Of a DNA stretch of 64,000 bases, positions 23,422-37,228 are shown piece after piece. The translations under genes were made by a program, and so were the position numbers. Position 1 is the first letter of the stretch, and each line of letters starts with the position of its first letter. The notes under the pieces were generated by a model. It ran no database searches. It saw nothing but the letters and a program-made list of their open reading frames with translations, and had not been told where the DNA came from. The DNA is from Mobula birostris (Eukaryota): contig NC_092396.1 of assembly GCF_030028105.1 (NCBI RefSeq), positions 45,074,068-45,138,067 of the forward strand, read 5' to 3'.

Positions 23422-26389
23422 CTGCAGGAAAACGGAGAAAAATGCAATTTATACTCAGACATCACCACAGTTAATCTTATATTGCCTCCACAGAAATAAA
23501 CTGAGTAACAGACCTAACAGAGGGTCTCTCCAACAGGATGTCGTGTTCGAAGGCTCTAAGTGTTCACCAAAATGTCAGGCATTTTACCTTCTGGTTGTTT
23601 GTTGACTCACTGAATACACCTCACAAATCACAGCTAATTTTACAACTGAATAACCTGATTTGAGTGGCTGGACTATAGCATCCCAGTCGTATTTACGACA
23701 GAACAAATCGGAGCAGACACAAAACTACCAGGTGACTTTAGGTTCTCCGTGGAGAGCAATCAATAAACAGAAGTCGTGGAGGGTTGGGAAAGAAAGAGAC
23801 ACCTTTCCCTTACACAGTAAAGGAGAGTTGCAAAGTCCTCTCTGAAAAGCTGGGAGCTGATTCCATGTTATATCTTAAACGTGACCTGGGTGGATCATTG
23901 AGAAAAGGCGCTTACGGGATTGCAGACAAGGTCCAAGGAAAAGTACCAGCACTAGATCAGTGTCTAAAATGTCATTTTTTTCTTTTTGCTTGCTTATATG
24001 TTTGCATAAATACCTGTTTGTAATTTTTCAAAGGATTTCCAGTCATTTGTAGTATAACTAGTTCTGTTTTTTTTGCTTTTATGGGTAAGCCTACACCATG
24101 CCAGCATAAATCAAACTGTTTCATGGACTGTTCTTATCAAAAGAATTTTCTTATTTGTCCATTTTAAGCTAGTTTGAAGTATAAAGACAATTACAAGGCA
24201 AGGTTCTTTGAATTTCTCCAACTGTTTTTTTGTTCTTTCTTGTCGTGCTCTCTCTCTCCCCTCCTCTTTACGGTACAACGCGTTGCTTACTGTTATTTCT
24301 TATAAAGATCTAATAAAATAGATGCAATCTCAGGATTTATACCTCATTCTTGACTTCCAAAGAGGTGGTTCTTCACAACATCATCTCCAGATCCAACAGT
24401 TTGATGGGCCGAAGGGATATGGGATTCTATGATTCTCACAGATGGTTAGATGCCAGTAACTTCACTGACTTTATCTGTGGCATTTTGGTTTCCTGCACCA
24501 GTCCCCGTTTCCCTCCCCAGCTTCCCCCCCCCCCCAATACACGTCAGTAAATATTAATCACAGGAGTGCATTCTATGAGAAATACCTATCAAACCATCAA
24601 CCAGAGCACACACTAACATCACCATGGTAACAGGGCTTCAAAGCAAAAGCAGTGATTTCCTCAATGACTCAATCATGCTGTTTGTGCACTCGTTGGACAT
24701 GTACACACAGCGTCAAGTATTAATCTAAACAGGAGGCCTTGAATTCCATACCTCAATTAAGGCTATCTGCTGCATTTCGAGCCACATTCTTCCGGAAGTC
24801 TGCTCAGGGTGGGCCCATCCTAATACATTAGTTTTAATAGTGTTTAAAAAATGTACTCTTCTTAAAACTCCATCAAGGTGAACTGTTGAAGCTCAGTTAA
24901 TGAGGTCAGGCTTTAAATTGTCTTGGCTTTTTTTTTGTATTTATTCATAAGATATGAGGTTGTTGTCAATATCAGCATTTACTGTCTATCCCTAAATGCC
25001 CTCCAAACTGAGGAGACATTTTAAAAATTCATGGTGGGTCAGGAGTCACATAGACCAGACAGTAATACCCTCATACAACTGATTATACACCGAGGTTAGA
25101 AGCCGGGTGGCTCAGATTGTGCAGAATCAAATCCACCATCTTTCAACAGGAAGCCTCAGAATTATTCCTCCAGTGTTTTCCATTCCAAATAAAGTTTAAA
25201 GTTTCAGCATGCCTTTGAAGTATACTGCAAGAGCACTAGGTGAAGCAAGCTGTCAAATCCATCTGCTGGCTGCTGTTACCCTCAGAACCACAACAGAGCT
25301 AAGCATTGGAGCTCATTTTTAATCAGACTCCTTTCTGCAGATTACAATGGAAGGAATTTTTTAATTCTGACAGTTTCCAACTTTGATGACATTTTGATTG
25401 CAGCTCTGAATTCATGAGAGAGCAGGATTTAGAAGGCAAAGAATTGTGAATGCTGAAAGTCTAAAGCAGGAACAAAATACACTTGAAACATTCAGCAGGT
25501 TAGGTAGTATCTGCAGAACATGGAATGTGTAAATTAGCCTTATTAAATAAAACAGAAAATGCTGAAAATATTCAGCGGATTGTGCATCATTATAGCTGAG
25601 ATGAGGTGATTGTGGTCATCTTCAGTAAAGAGTAAGCACATTTTTGAAGCTCACAGTAACTTAACAATCATCAGCTCTATAATCATGTTCAAAGACCGCG
25701 CCCCAATCTTCTTCTTGGGCAGCTTCCAGGATGAGGGCAACTTGCTTCCGCTTTAGTTCTGAGGCCAATGTGGGGACTGCATACCCTTCCATCGATGAGA
25801 CAAAAGGTGAAAAGTCGACATTATTGCATATGTTCACCACTCAACAGTGGTGATGAGCCAATTCAGGAGGTAGGTCATTGACCCAAAACATCAACTCAGT
25901 TTGCCCCTCTACAAATGATGCCTGACCTGCTGAATACCTTAGGCATTTTCCGTATTTATTTCATTACAACTGGCATTGTATGGATAAGAAAGTAACAATC
26001 TCATAAGGATCAGAGAACAAAAAAGTCTCATGTTTTGAAGGAGATCTTCAAAGAACCTGTGAGGATCAGTGACCAGCAGCAACAAACAACTTTAGCGACT
26101 ACAAAGCCACCAATAGTTCCTATCTCTGTGAGAGTCGGATAAGCAGACAGTCAAACACAGGACAACTGGATGTCGTGTCGAGGAATACAGCAATACTTGG
26201 GAAACTGGACAGACAGCCAGTTGAAATACGAACAGGATACACCAGCAGCTTTGAAGTATGAACTCAGCATGAGTCTTCCACATCATTTATGTCATATTTT
26301 GAAAGCAGAGAATTACACTAGAGAGACAGACACTGAAAGTTGGCACAATCATTCCTACAGTTCTAATCAAAGAGTTCCAACAAACCCTG

Positions 26390-27485
26390 TGCAGATGAGA
26401 AATAATGCCTCTACCACCTTACTGATAACCACTAGCGGTGCACCTGAAGGATGCGTACTTAGCCCACCATTCTATTCTCGCTGCACTCATAACTGTGTGG
26501 CTTGTGATCTATATTTGGGCCGATTCAGTGATCTGGTGCTTTGCCGTCTCCAAGAGGTTTCTCTGAGGCTTTGGGTAGCCTCAAGGCCAAGAAGCCTGGA
26601 GACCATGATCAACTCCATTTCTCGCCAACCTATGCGCTGAGGACGATTGAAATCAGGGGCGAGTGCGAAAGGCGAAGGGGTGTTCTGCTCATTCTACTAG
26701 CCTCTCGCTTGCTGCTGCCGGAAGAAGGTCTCTGTGAGTGACGGTCTTTCACTCCCTCTCGCTTGCTGCTCCAGAATGAAGGTCCCTGTGTTCAAATGGC
26801 CTCTCTCTCCCGCAATGCTGTCAGAGGATGTGCCAGTCCTAGGTTTTGGGCAAGGTTTTTGGATTGGCCTCCATGGTTCACATTGTGACAAGTTTCTAGT
26901 CACTCCCTTTTTGCTGTCATTTTGGGCAATTTTGATTGGGGTGGTCTGTGGATAATGAACTGAGCTAAACCGAATGTGGACTCTTTCGATTTTGTGTTTG
27001 TCACTCGTTTCTTTTGTTCCCCCGTTGCCAGATTTGGTTTTTTTGTGCACGCGGTGGGGGGAAGGGGGTTGGGATGTAATGTTTTTCTTTGAGTGGGTTC
27101 CATAGTTTTCTTTGTTTCATGGCTGTCTGTGGGGAAGATGAATATACTGCATACATACTTTGATAATAAATAGTTTGAATCTTTGAAGGTGTACAGGAGC
27201 AAGATAGATCAGCTGGTTGAGGGGTATCACAGCAACAACCTTGCATTCAACATCAGTAAAACGAAAGATTGTGGGCTTCAGAAGGGATAAGATGAGGGAA
27301 CACACACCAGTCCTCATAGAGGGATCAGAACGAAAAGAGTGAGCAATTTCAGGTTCCTGGGTGCCAACATCTCTGAGGATCTAACCTGGACCCAACATAC
27401 TGATACAATTACAAAGAATATTTCATTAGGAGTTTCAGGAAATTTGGTATGTCACCAAACTCTCGCAAATTTCTACAGATGTACT
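26390..27485 (+). mobile_element. Old Rex1-like RT fragment split by an approximately 680-bp non-coding element (about 26505-27186)
   Basis: GAPEGCVLSP...THNCVA before 26505 and FRFLGANISEDLTW..NFYRCT after 27190. The insert ends in a ttgaatctttga tail. Confidence 0.6.
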
Positions 27486-27555
27486 TCTCCGCGGATTGTC
27501 ACCTTGTCGCGGTGGAGAAGCTTGTGTGGTCCTGAGATCCCGAGAGCGATGGAGG
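27485..27555 (+). mobile_element. RTE/Rex3-like 5' UTR fragment
   Basis: gtcaccttgtcgcggtggagaagcttgtgtg resembles RTE-clade 5' termini (from memory). Confidence 0.4.
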
Positions 27556-29519
27556 CTTAAATCTTGCAGATGCTCCTTTAATTGTCCTGATAAAGCAACA
27601 TGTGCTCATTCATGTAAAAACTATTTAAGTGCCCTGTGTTTGCAACCTGGAATGTACTGCCTAATGGTAGGGGTGGAGGAAGGTTCCTGCATGACAGAGA
27701 TGGAGAGATGTGTGGTAAAGAAAAAGCTACAAGGGTATGGAATGGAGAAAGGAGCCCTAGGCAGAACTAGTCATTTGTTCTATCAGAGAGCCAGCATGAT
27801 GCGATGGGATGGATGGCCTCTTGCTGTGCTGTGACCAGCCGACAAGTGTTGACACAAACTGGGAATATCAGTGACCCATGAGGGAACTGAAGACACACAT
27901 TATGTGCCTGAGCCCACTCAGTTGTTTAAGACAGAGGCTGAATGCAGAGGAGGGGGCATGTGGCCAAGGTGGAGGTACAGTACTAGAGCCGAGCTTCAGG
28001 GTGACAGAAGTAAGGCTGGGGTTAGGGTAGAAGGACAAGTTTTTGTTTTTTTAAACAAAGTGGTCTGTCGCAATTTGTTCCTACCACAGTGAAGGAGATA
28101 CAGGAGCCTGCAAACTCAGACAAAGTTTTAAAAGCAGCTTCTTCCCCTCCACCATCACCATCAGGTCTCTGAATGTCCACGAACACTACCTCGTTAATTG
28201 CCTTGTACACTTTTTCATTTATTTTTGCAACTTAGAATTAATTTTATGTCATGTACTGTACTCCAGCCACAAAATAGCAAATTTCACAACATATAATAAA
28301 CCTGATTCTGACTTTGTGTCACTCCAGTACTGTTAGGTTTTTGGTGCCAGAGGAGGTTTGCCCTGTCTGGCCCTGGGCACTCTGTTGTTTCTGCCACTCC
28401 CAGGAGATTACAGAGCTATTCAGTTAGGCTTGGGAGTGCATTGGGTGTTTGGCTGAGGGAGTGAGTGTTTATTAGGGAGGAAAATGGGGCAGATCTGGTC
28501 TACCTTTATTGATTTTTCCTGGCTGTCAATTTTATGCACTGCTAGCCAACTCTAAACCCTGTTCTCCTCCAAAAGTGCCCTAATTCCTCCAAAAATACCC
28601 CAATTCCTGCCAATTAGCTACAATACAAAATGAGTAAATTGAAAATAAGAACAGGCATCCATATTCCTTCAATATGCAACTATTCCTTTGGCCTTTAACC
28701 CCTTCACTTGAGGCCTGCATTTGGTGGAACGTCAACTTGTGCAGTAGACATGGTCTGATCCACGTTGAACTGTGTGCAAGGCTGCTAGTCAGAAGAAAAA
28801 ACAACCACAGCTGGATAACTTCAGTCTCAGAGCACAAACAATTCGTCCTGGCATTGTCAACCTAACTGAATCCCACATTTAATCTCCACTGGCTGCTCTT
28901 TAATAATAAAGTCTGTATCTGTCTTTGTTGGCAAATGTGCCTGCACAAAACATGGCAGAAATCCAACATGTGTATTGGAGCGAGAGCTAGTATATATCCA
29001 CCGAGAAATCGCCCTGAGGTTAAAAGTTTGAATGTTCACAAAGCTGTAGAATGCCTTTCCCTGAACTTCCAGGAAAATTAAATGATCGATAATATTGGGT
29101 ATCCCACATTCTCCACATACCCTGCTCCACCAGTCAGTTCACAGAACAATATCCTCAGGGCAAGGTTTTCAGCACTGTTAATAAATCTCCCTACAGTGGC
29201 GGTAACCCTCAGCATAAAGCACGCCTGCTGCAGTACTGTTCAGAGTAACTGCCACGAAGGCTGCACGCCCAAAATCAGTCAGAAAATACAATCAGATTCA
29301 GACTCAAACCGAGAAAGAGGAGATATATCTGCCTGCTTCGGAGAAACTCACAAATCAAGCACCCTGTCTCCATATTCCCTCATGGGTCATTGGTTGAGAT
29401 TTGAAGAGGATCACACACACAAGGCTGGTTCTCAGGTTTCCGAGGGTGAGGCATGCCTCAGTCTAGCCAGGATTCAGTGATTACAGCGAGGGCCATGGAG
29501 GAGTCTGACAGCTGAGGAC

Positions 29520-30090
29520 TGTTAGAGTGAGTTTTTTTGGGTAGATGATTTGTTTACACTTAAATGACTTTGGCCACCAGACTTCTATTTGACAAAGTAC
29601 TGTGGATTGGATCCACAACAATACGCTCCCTAAAAATGTGTGACTACCAGATGCTTCTGGCGCTGTAGTTTGACCTGATGCTGTAGTTTCGAAGACAGTC
29701 TTATCTATACATTATAAATATTAATTGTCTTCTATGTTAGCACGTAAAATGCCAAATAAATGTATTGTGGATTTAATTGCATTCCTAAAGGCTGTGGATA
29801 CCAATCCAGACATGTTGGCGTCGGAAGGAAAGGATGAAGCTTAGGTGGTGTGATATTTTGTATGTAGCTTCAATAGGAAGCATTGTCTATGCATTGTCTG
29901 TAACTTTTTAAGTAGCGATTGCCCTTTGTGTTTAGCATATAAATATCGAGCCCACATTGGGCTAGCAGACCTTTCTACCGAAAGCGTCTCCGTCCGTATG
30001 ATGTCTGTTGTACCTTGTTGTGTTGAATAAAGAAGCTGCTTTGTATCTACCAGTAACTGTCCCTCCGGTGATTTCATCCACCCCACAACA
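29520..30090 (+). mobile_element. Solo LTR, 571 bp
   Basis: TGTT...AACA termini, 5-bp TSD aggac/agaac (1 mismatch), TATAAA at 29938-29943 and AATAAA at 30026-30031. Confidence 0.75.
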
Positions 30091-30719
30091 AGAACCATGG
30101 AGGAGTCTGACAGCTGCAGTCTTCTGACTTCCCACAACTGTCCAAGAACAGGTTACATCAGAACAGGCAACCACTTGTCCAATGGGAGAGGCCAAAACAA
30201 AGCAGCTCCCCCAAGCTATTCTGATGATAATCAGGAAAAAATGCTCAAAACTCACAGCTCAGAGGCATGTTCCTTAAACCAATAGGACCATACAGTAGGT
30301 GAGTCACCTTACATTAACATGGTCCTCAATCCCTTCCAACCTACAGACTTCCTTTAGCAGTACCAGTGCCTCCAGGCCAACTATAATCCTGTAGCAATCA
30401 GCCCCACAGACTTCAGTCAGAGTGGCGATCTTTCACATCGGGACATTTAGCCTATAAATGTAAACACTTACCTAAACAGACACTCGACTTTTGTATTCTC
30501 TAGGGGGAGTAAAAAAAATCTCTACTTCAACATATATGCATCACATCCATTTTAAAGGGACTTCAGTGAATAATACTGGGCTGCAGGCTACTCCACACAG
30601 ATCCACTCAGTGTCATTGTCACATGGGTTTACAGCTATCCAGAAATGTCTAGGGTCGGTCATTTTCACAACTTCAGCTTCAGTTACACCGGGAATGTGTT
30701 GCATGAAGGGAAGCTGTAA

Positions 30720-31042
30720 ATTCAATCCCCACCTTCCACAGGTCACTATGAGAGACACACACTCTCTGTCTAATCCCTATCCAACCCTCCACAGGTCACT
30801 ATGAGAGACACACATACTCTGTTCAATCCCTATCCAATCCTCCACAGGTCACAATGAGAGACACACACTCTCTGTTCAATCCCTATCCAATCCTCCCTAT
30901 CCAATCCTCCACAGGTCACAATGAGAGACACACATACTCTGTTCAATCCCCACCCTCCACAGGTCACTATGAGAGAGACACACTCCCTGTTCAGGTCCAA
31001 CCCTCCACAGGTCACTATGAGAGACACACACTCTCTCTGTTA
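30720..31042. repeat. Minisatellite of 6 units, 48-67 bp (core 53 bp)
   Basis: ccacaggtca starts at 30736, 30789, 30842, 30909, 30957 and 31005. Confidence 0.95.
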
Positions 31043-31669
31043 TAAATCACCTTGATCAGAAGGTTTGATGATGATGTTATTCATCTCAGGCTCTGCAGTA
31101 GTGACTTGCAAAGCATTAACAGCACGCAGAATGTCAAATGGGCTAACCCAAGCAGTGGGTGCTACTTATTGTATCAGCACACTCCCCACACCGAAAAGCC
31201 ATCATTTAGAACGATCAGATGGAACAGGGAAATGGAATTTAGTAACATTGCATAATGCTTACTGTGCCTCTCTACATTTCATAAAAGCTAGTGACTTCTT
31301 GGCTGTAAATATTCCACTCCACAAGGAACGTTAACACCTTGGAGCCAACACTTGAATTCACTGAGATCATTGAGGTATTTTCAGCACGATTAAATTTAGG
31401 GTTACAACTCAGAAGTTCAATCATGTTGACTGCTCCATATTAAATTTTTGAAGCAAATTCTCATCCACCAAACTTGTCCCCCAGCCTGCAATTTAATGCT
31501 CAATTTATTTATAACCTTGCTTTATTACATTCTATTTTCAATTCAACGCGTATGAGTGGTGTCAAGATGACATCATTTACACAGATGAGAACATTAATTC
31601 ATCAGTCAACACCACTGAAATTAGCTTTAAACAAAACATATCCATGGATGTGTAGATAATTAGAGGGCG

Positions 31670-32170
31670 ATTTGCAACTACGAGAGGCTGTCAATGCTCA
31701 TCCCATTCTCCAGATGACATTGTAGTGGGCTCTCATATCAAAGCATTGGTTAGATAAGTTATTTCAAGAGTCTGCTGTCATTGTTATAGACCCTTTCTAC
31801 TTGCTGGGATGAGAAGATTGGTCAATAATAAATGGATAAAGAAGTTGGATCTGTTTCTTTGGAGGTTAGACCAATGAGGGATGATCTTACTGCAATACAG
31901 AAGATCCTAAGCATGGTGACAGGGCAGGGGTGAGGTACTTCCACCAGTGGGATGGTCTCAAACAAGCCAACGTGGCTACAATATTAAAAAAATGCCATCA
32001 TTTTAAATAGAGGTGTGTAGGAATTACAGTTCATGGAGAATAGTGAATATCTGAAAATCTCTGCCACAGCGGGTCATGAAGGCTGGAGCACTGGGGGCAC
32101 TTAAAGAGGAGGTAGAAACATTTCCAAAAGATTGAGGAAATGAAGGCGACGGGAATCTAGCACAGAAGAG
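31670..32170 (+). mobile_element. Highly decayed CR1 3' fragment
   Basis: Degenerate L..LGLFSLE.R..R.DL pattern. Confidence 0.5.
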
Positions 32171-32379
32171 AAGGAAATAAAGTTAAAAATAAACTAAAGT
32201 AAGATTTATTATCAGAGTACATACATGTCACCACATACAATCCTGAAATTCTTTATCCTGTGGGCATACTTAGCTAATCTATAGAACACTAACTGTAAAC
32301 AGGATCAATGAATAACAAACTGTGCAAATGCAAATATAAATAAATAGCAATAACTAACGAGAGCATGAAATAGTCATGG

Positions 32380-33262
32380 TCATACTTTATTAATCCTGGG
32401 GGAAATTGGTTTTCGTTACAGTTGCTCCATAAATAATAAATAGTAATAGAACCATAAATAGTTAAATAGTAATATGTAAATTAAGCCAGTACATTATGAA
32501 ATAAGTCCAGGACCAGCCTATTGGCTCAGGGTTTCTGACCCTCCAAGGGAGGAGTTGTAAAGTTTGATGGCCACAGGCAGGAATGACTTCCTATGATGCT
32601 CAGTGTTGCATCTCGGTGGAATGAGTCTCTGGCTGAATGTACTCCTGTGCCCACCCAGTACATTATGTAGTGGATGGGAGATATTGACCAAGATTGCATG
32701 CAACTTAGACAGCATCCTCTTTTCAGACACCGCCGTGAGAGAGTCCAGTTCCATCCCCACAACATCACTGGCCTTACGAATGAGTTTGTTGATTCTGTTG
32801 GTGTCTGCTACCCTCAGCCTGCTGCCCCAGCACACAACAGCAAACATGATAGCACTGGCCACCACAGACTCGTAGAACATCCTCAGCATCGTCCGGCAGA
32901 TGTTAAAGGACCTCAGTCTCCTCAGGAAATAGAGATGGCTTTGACTCTTCTTGTAGACAGCCTCAGTGTTCTTTGACCAGTCCAGTTTATTGTCAATTCG
33001 TATCCCCAGGTATTTGTAATCCTCCACCATGTCCACACTGACCCCCTGGATGGAAACAGGGGTTTCCTTAGCTCTCCTCAGGTCTACCACCAGCTCCTTA
33101 GTCTTTTTCACATTAAGCTGCAGATAATTCTGCTCACACCATGTGACAAAGTTTCCTACCGTAGCCCTGTACTCAGCCTCATCTCCCCTGCTGATGCATC
33201 CAACTATGGCAGAGTCATCCGAAAACTTCTGAAGATGACAAGACTCCGTGCAGTAGTTGAAG
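32380..33262 (-). mobile_element. Second Rex1/Babar family, 5'-truncated with open C-terminal ORF, nested in an older Rex1-like element (about 32190-33780)
   Basis: ORF 32518-33276 has KFSDD, LNVKKTKELVVD, YKYLG and RMFYESVVAS. Flanks on both sides are decayed Rex1-like RT/3' sequence. Confidence 0.85.
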
Positions 33263-36039
33263 TAGTAGAATAACAAGATAAAGAGTTTTTAAAGTGAGAC
33301 CATCGGTTGTGCGAACAGCAGAAACAGAACAAGTGTAGTGTCCCACTTTGTTCAAGAGCCTAACAGTTGAGCCTGAAAGCTTGGCCTTCCCACACCAGGC
33401 CATAATGCAGCCACTTTCCACCACACACTTCTATAAGTTTGGCAAGGTTTTTGATGACATCCCAAACCTCTACTGACTCTTGAGGAGGTAGAAGTGCAGT
33501 CATGCTTTCTTTGCAATTATATTTATATGATGGGTCCAGTTCATGTCCTCTGACATAGTGATGGCCAGAAATTTAAAGCTTTTGATCCTCTGCACTTCTG
33601 ATCCTCCAATGATTACTGGCTCACAGACCTCTGGCTTCCCTCTCCTGAAGCTCCTTGGTCTTATTTACAGTGAGCGATAGGTTGTTGTTATTACACCACT
33701 CAGCCAAGTTTTCAATCTCTCTCCTGTATGCTGATTCATCAACTCCTTTGATATAGCCCACACAGCAAACTTAAATATGACACCTGAAGCAGATCAGCCA
33801 TGGTCATACTGAATAGGAGAGTGACGTTGAGGGGCCAAGTGGCCTTTTCCTGCTCCTATTGTGTTCATATGATCGCCAGACCAAAAGGGTTGTATAGCAA
33901 TCTCGAAACTTTCATGGTTAAAGTCACATTTTACTCCAATGAGGACAGGGACTATCAATCCATTATTTGTCCATTGATATAATCCTACACTGTTGACTAT
34001 GAGATTCTATCATGCATAAAATAGCATCTATTATAGGCATTAGACACAATATCATCTCTTTTTTGCAAATGAGGTAATCTGGGACAGTTTGAAGGAACAA
34101 GAAAAGGAATGTAGCCAATGCAACAAAAGCACTTGAAAGACAGGTAAAGGTTTTACAGGAGCCATGGGGTATGTGAGCAGCCCTGACAAATGGACAGCAC
34201 AATCTCTATCATCCTCTAACCTGAGGTATACAGGAAAAAGAAAGAAAGCCAAAGGAAAAGTGCAGTTCCGCAGGCTTGGTGCAGCAGGGAGTTAAAGAGT
34301 TTGAGGATGCAAGACACTAATCCATCTTTAATACACGACCTAAGCACACAGCGATTCCTGGTCTCCACAAGAGTACATTTAATGACAATGCCAACACAGG
34401 ATATACCTGATCTGACGAGGTGTCTTTTGGGAGTCTGGACCAGCACACACAGTGAGAAGCTACAAATTACTGGAACCACCCCCCCCCCCAAAATTAAATA
34501 ATACAAGCAGCATTGCAAAGGATACACATTGCCAATGCAAGAATGCAGACTCAAGGCAACCAAGTCTTTCTTATCTGTAGATCAACAGACAAAGGAGGAT
34601 GAATGCTGAAAAGAATTGGTTTGCCTGTCAGAACAAGCTTCTCTACTCAAGAATAGTATCCATCAATTACAGCACAGGCTCACTTGAAACACAAGTACTT
34701 CTATTCATCGCATCTCAGAACTAACAAAAAAGGTTTGCAGGCAAGCACAAAGCAGCCAACAAGACATGTATTACTCCCCCTTTCACACAGCTCATCATGC
34801 TGCAGTATATTATTACCTCCATAAACCCTCGTTAAAATTATTAGTAGACAGTGCTTTCACCAGACAGAATCAAACAAATGTAAACTGCTCACCATGTCTT
34901 ACTCTATCGGTAAATCCCAGTCCTAGTTAGTTGCAATATTTCAACTTGTCACAAGTATTACATTGGCATTGTCACTCAATCACAACAACATCCAATTGTT
35001 GAACATTTTCAGTAAAACACATCATCTCATGGTGCTTCAAAGCAACTTTGCCAAAGGATGTTGACACCAAATCAAACAGGATGCCAGCAGACATTTTATT
35101 CAAAAGCTTTATTGAAAGAAGCAATTGTATAAGGGCCAGCATTTATTGCCCATCCCTTCTGATGAAGATGTTGTTTGGGCAGTAGCTCTGTGATTTAGAC
35201 TATGGTGAAGGCTGGTGATGCATTTCCAGGTGTGAGTACTGTGTGATTTGGAAGGGAACTGCAGATGGCCGTGTCTCCATACACCTGGTGCCAATGTTGT
35301 TCTTGGTGACAAATGTCCAGGGTTCGTGAGGTGCTGTTAGAGTAGCCTGGTAGGTCACTGCAGTGAATTTTGTCAATTGTCTACACTTCAGCAACTTTGG
35401 AAAGAATAAATATTTAGCATGGTGGATTGGATAGCAATTAAATAGGTTGTTTTGCTCTGTTTGGTGTAGTTTCGTACGTGCTGGGGGAGCTATACTAATG
35501 CAGGAAGGTGAAGAACATTGCAAAATACTTCTAACTTTATAGATGGTGAAAAGTCTTCGAAGTGTCAAGAGGTAAACGGGTCTTTGATCTGCCTTTATCG
35601 CCACAGTACTGAGGGTGACCCGGAGGATCTACTGCTCAAGGCCAAAGACAAGGAGACTGATCGTGGTTCGACTCTCCTCGTCTGAGACAGTCAAGATCTG
35701 CACATTACTTGCCTGTTATCAACTTGCAGAGAAACTAAAGACAGAGGCTAAAATATTTACGGAGAAAAATCCATCAGGATCACAATTGCTGAATGTGTGG
35801 CAATAAACTCATTGACACAAAAAATAATGGGACTTACCCCGACCGTGTGTATCACAGGGTTGTCTGACCCAATGTACCTGGGTCCCACCAGAGTATATAG
35901 TCACTGTGACCCGATGACCCTGGGCCACACTACAACACAGGATCACCCTGACTCAACAATCTGATATCACATTGGCAAGTTCACCCTGGGTATTATTTAG
36001 CACAGGATAAACTCCGGCATATCAAAGAACAGGGCAAAT

Positions 36040-37228
36040 TCAAGGCATCTCCCTTCTGGCACTTATCCTTGTAAGTGGAACAAGTGCCACATCTGCCCCT
36101 ACACCTCTTCCCTCACTACCATTCAGGGCCCCAAAAAGTCCTTCTACATGAGGCGATACTTCACCTGTGAGTCTGTTGGGGTCACATACTGTATTTGGTG
36201 CTCCCGGTGTGGCCTCCTGTATATGGGTGAGACCCGACATAGATTGGGAGACCACTTTGCTGAGCACCTACACTCTGCCCCCCAGAAGAAGCAGGATCTC
36301 CCAGTGGCCACCCATTTTAATTCCACTTCCCATTCTCATATGTCAATCCATGGCTTCCTCTACTGTCACGATGAGGCCACACTCAGGTTGCAGGAGCACA
36401 GGTATTCCATCTGGGTAGCCTCCAACCTGATGGTATGAACATTGACTTATTGAACTTCCGGTATTGCGTCCCCCTTCACTACTCCTCATCCTCTTTTCCC
36501 TCTCTCATCTCCTTGCCCACGCATCACCTCCCTCTGGAGCTCCTTGCCCCATTTCTTTCTCCCATGGCCTTCTGTCCTCTCCTATCAGACTCCCCCTTCT
36601 CCGGCCCTGTATCTCTTTCACCAATCAACTTCCCAGCTCTTTACTTCATCCCTCCCCCTCCCAGTTTCACCTATCACCTTGTGTTTCTCTCTCCCTTCCC
36701 CCACCTTATAAATCTTGTCTTTTTTTCCTCCAGTCCTGCTGAAGGGCCTACTGTCGTGATGAGGCCACACTCAAGTTGGAGGAGTAGCAGTTTATATTCC
36801 GGCTGGGTAGCCTCCAACCTGATGGCATGAATATGATTTCTCAAACTTCTGGTAATTTCCCCCATCCCCACTTCACCATTCCCCAGTTACATTTCCCCTC
36901 TCTCACTTTATCTCCTTGTCTACCCATCACCTCCCTCCACCTTTTATTTCTTCTATGGCCTTCTGTCCTCCCCCATCAGAGTCCCCCTTCTCCAGTCCTG
37001 TATCTCTTTCACTTATCAACTTGCCAGCTTCTTACTTTGCCCACCCACCACCCCTGGTTTCACCTACCACCTTGTGTTTCTTCTTCCCCTCCCTCCATCT
37101 TCTTACTCAGACTCATCTTTTGTTCCCCAGTCCTGATGAAGGGTCTCTGCCTGAAACGTCGACTGTTCTCTCTTCCATAGATGCTGCCTGGCCTGCTGAC
37201 TTCCTCCAGCATTTTGTGTGTGTTGCTT
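36040..37228 (+). mobile_element. Penelope-like element: GIY-YIG end with two tandem terminal repeats
   Basis: FTCESVGVTYCIWCSRCGLLYMGETRHRLGDHFAEH. Segment about 36360-36748 is repeated in diverged form at about 36750-37150. Hammerhead core at 37133. Confidence 0.85.
37128..37165 (+). ncRNA. Minimal type I hammerhead ribozyme (Penelope-associated)
   Basis: Stem I cagtc/gactg, CUGAUGA at 37133-37139, stem II agg/cct, GAAA at 37153-37156, palindromic ACGU, predicted GUC cleavage after 37160. Confidence 0.8.

Noticed and set aside
23520-24320. Possible old L1/Tx1 3' end or LTR remnant
   Set aside because: It ends in an AATAAA and T-rich region, but I found no diagnostic motif, TSD or termini.
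28580-28837. ORF with hydrophobic LWLFFLLTSSLAHS, considered as the HSPG2 signal-peptide exon
   Set aside because: No suitable phase-0 donor or promoter-like context, and the listed start is not ATG. Exon 1 is probably beyond 64000.
30736-31040. Regularly spaced repeats superficially like a CRISPR array
   Set aside because: The whole unit repeats with no unique spacers, there are no cas genes, and the context is eukaryotic.
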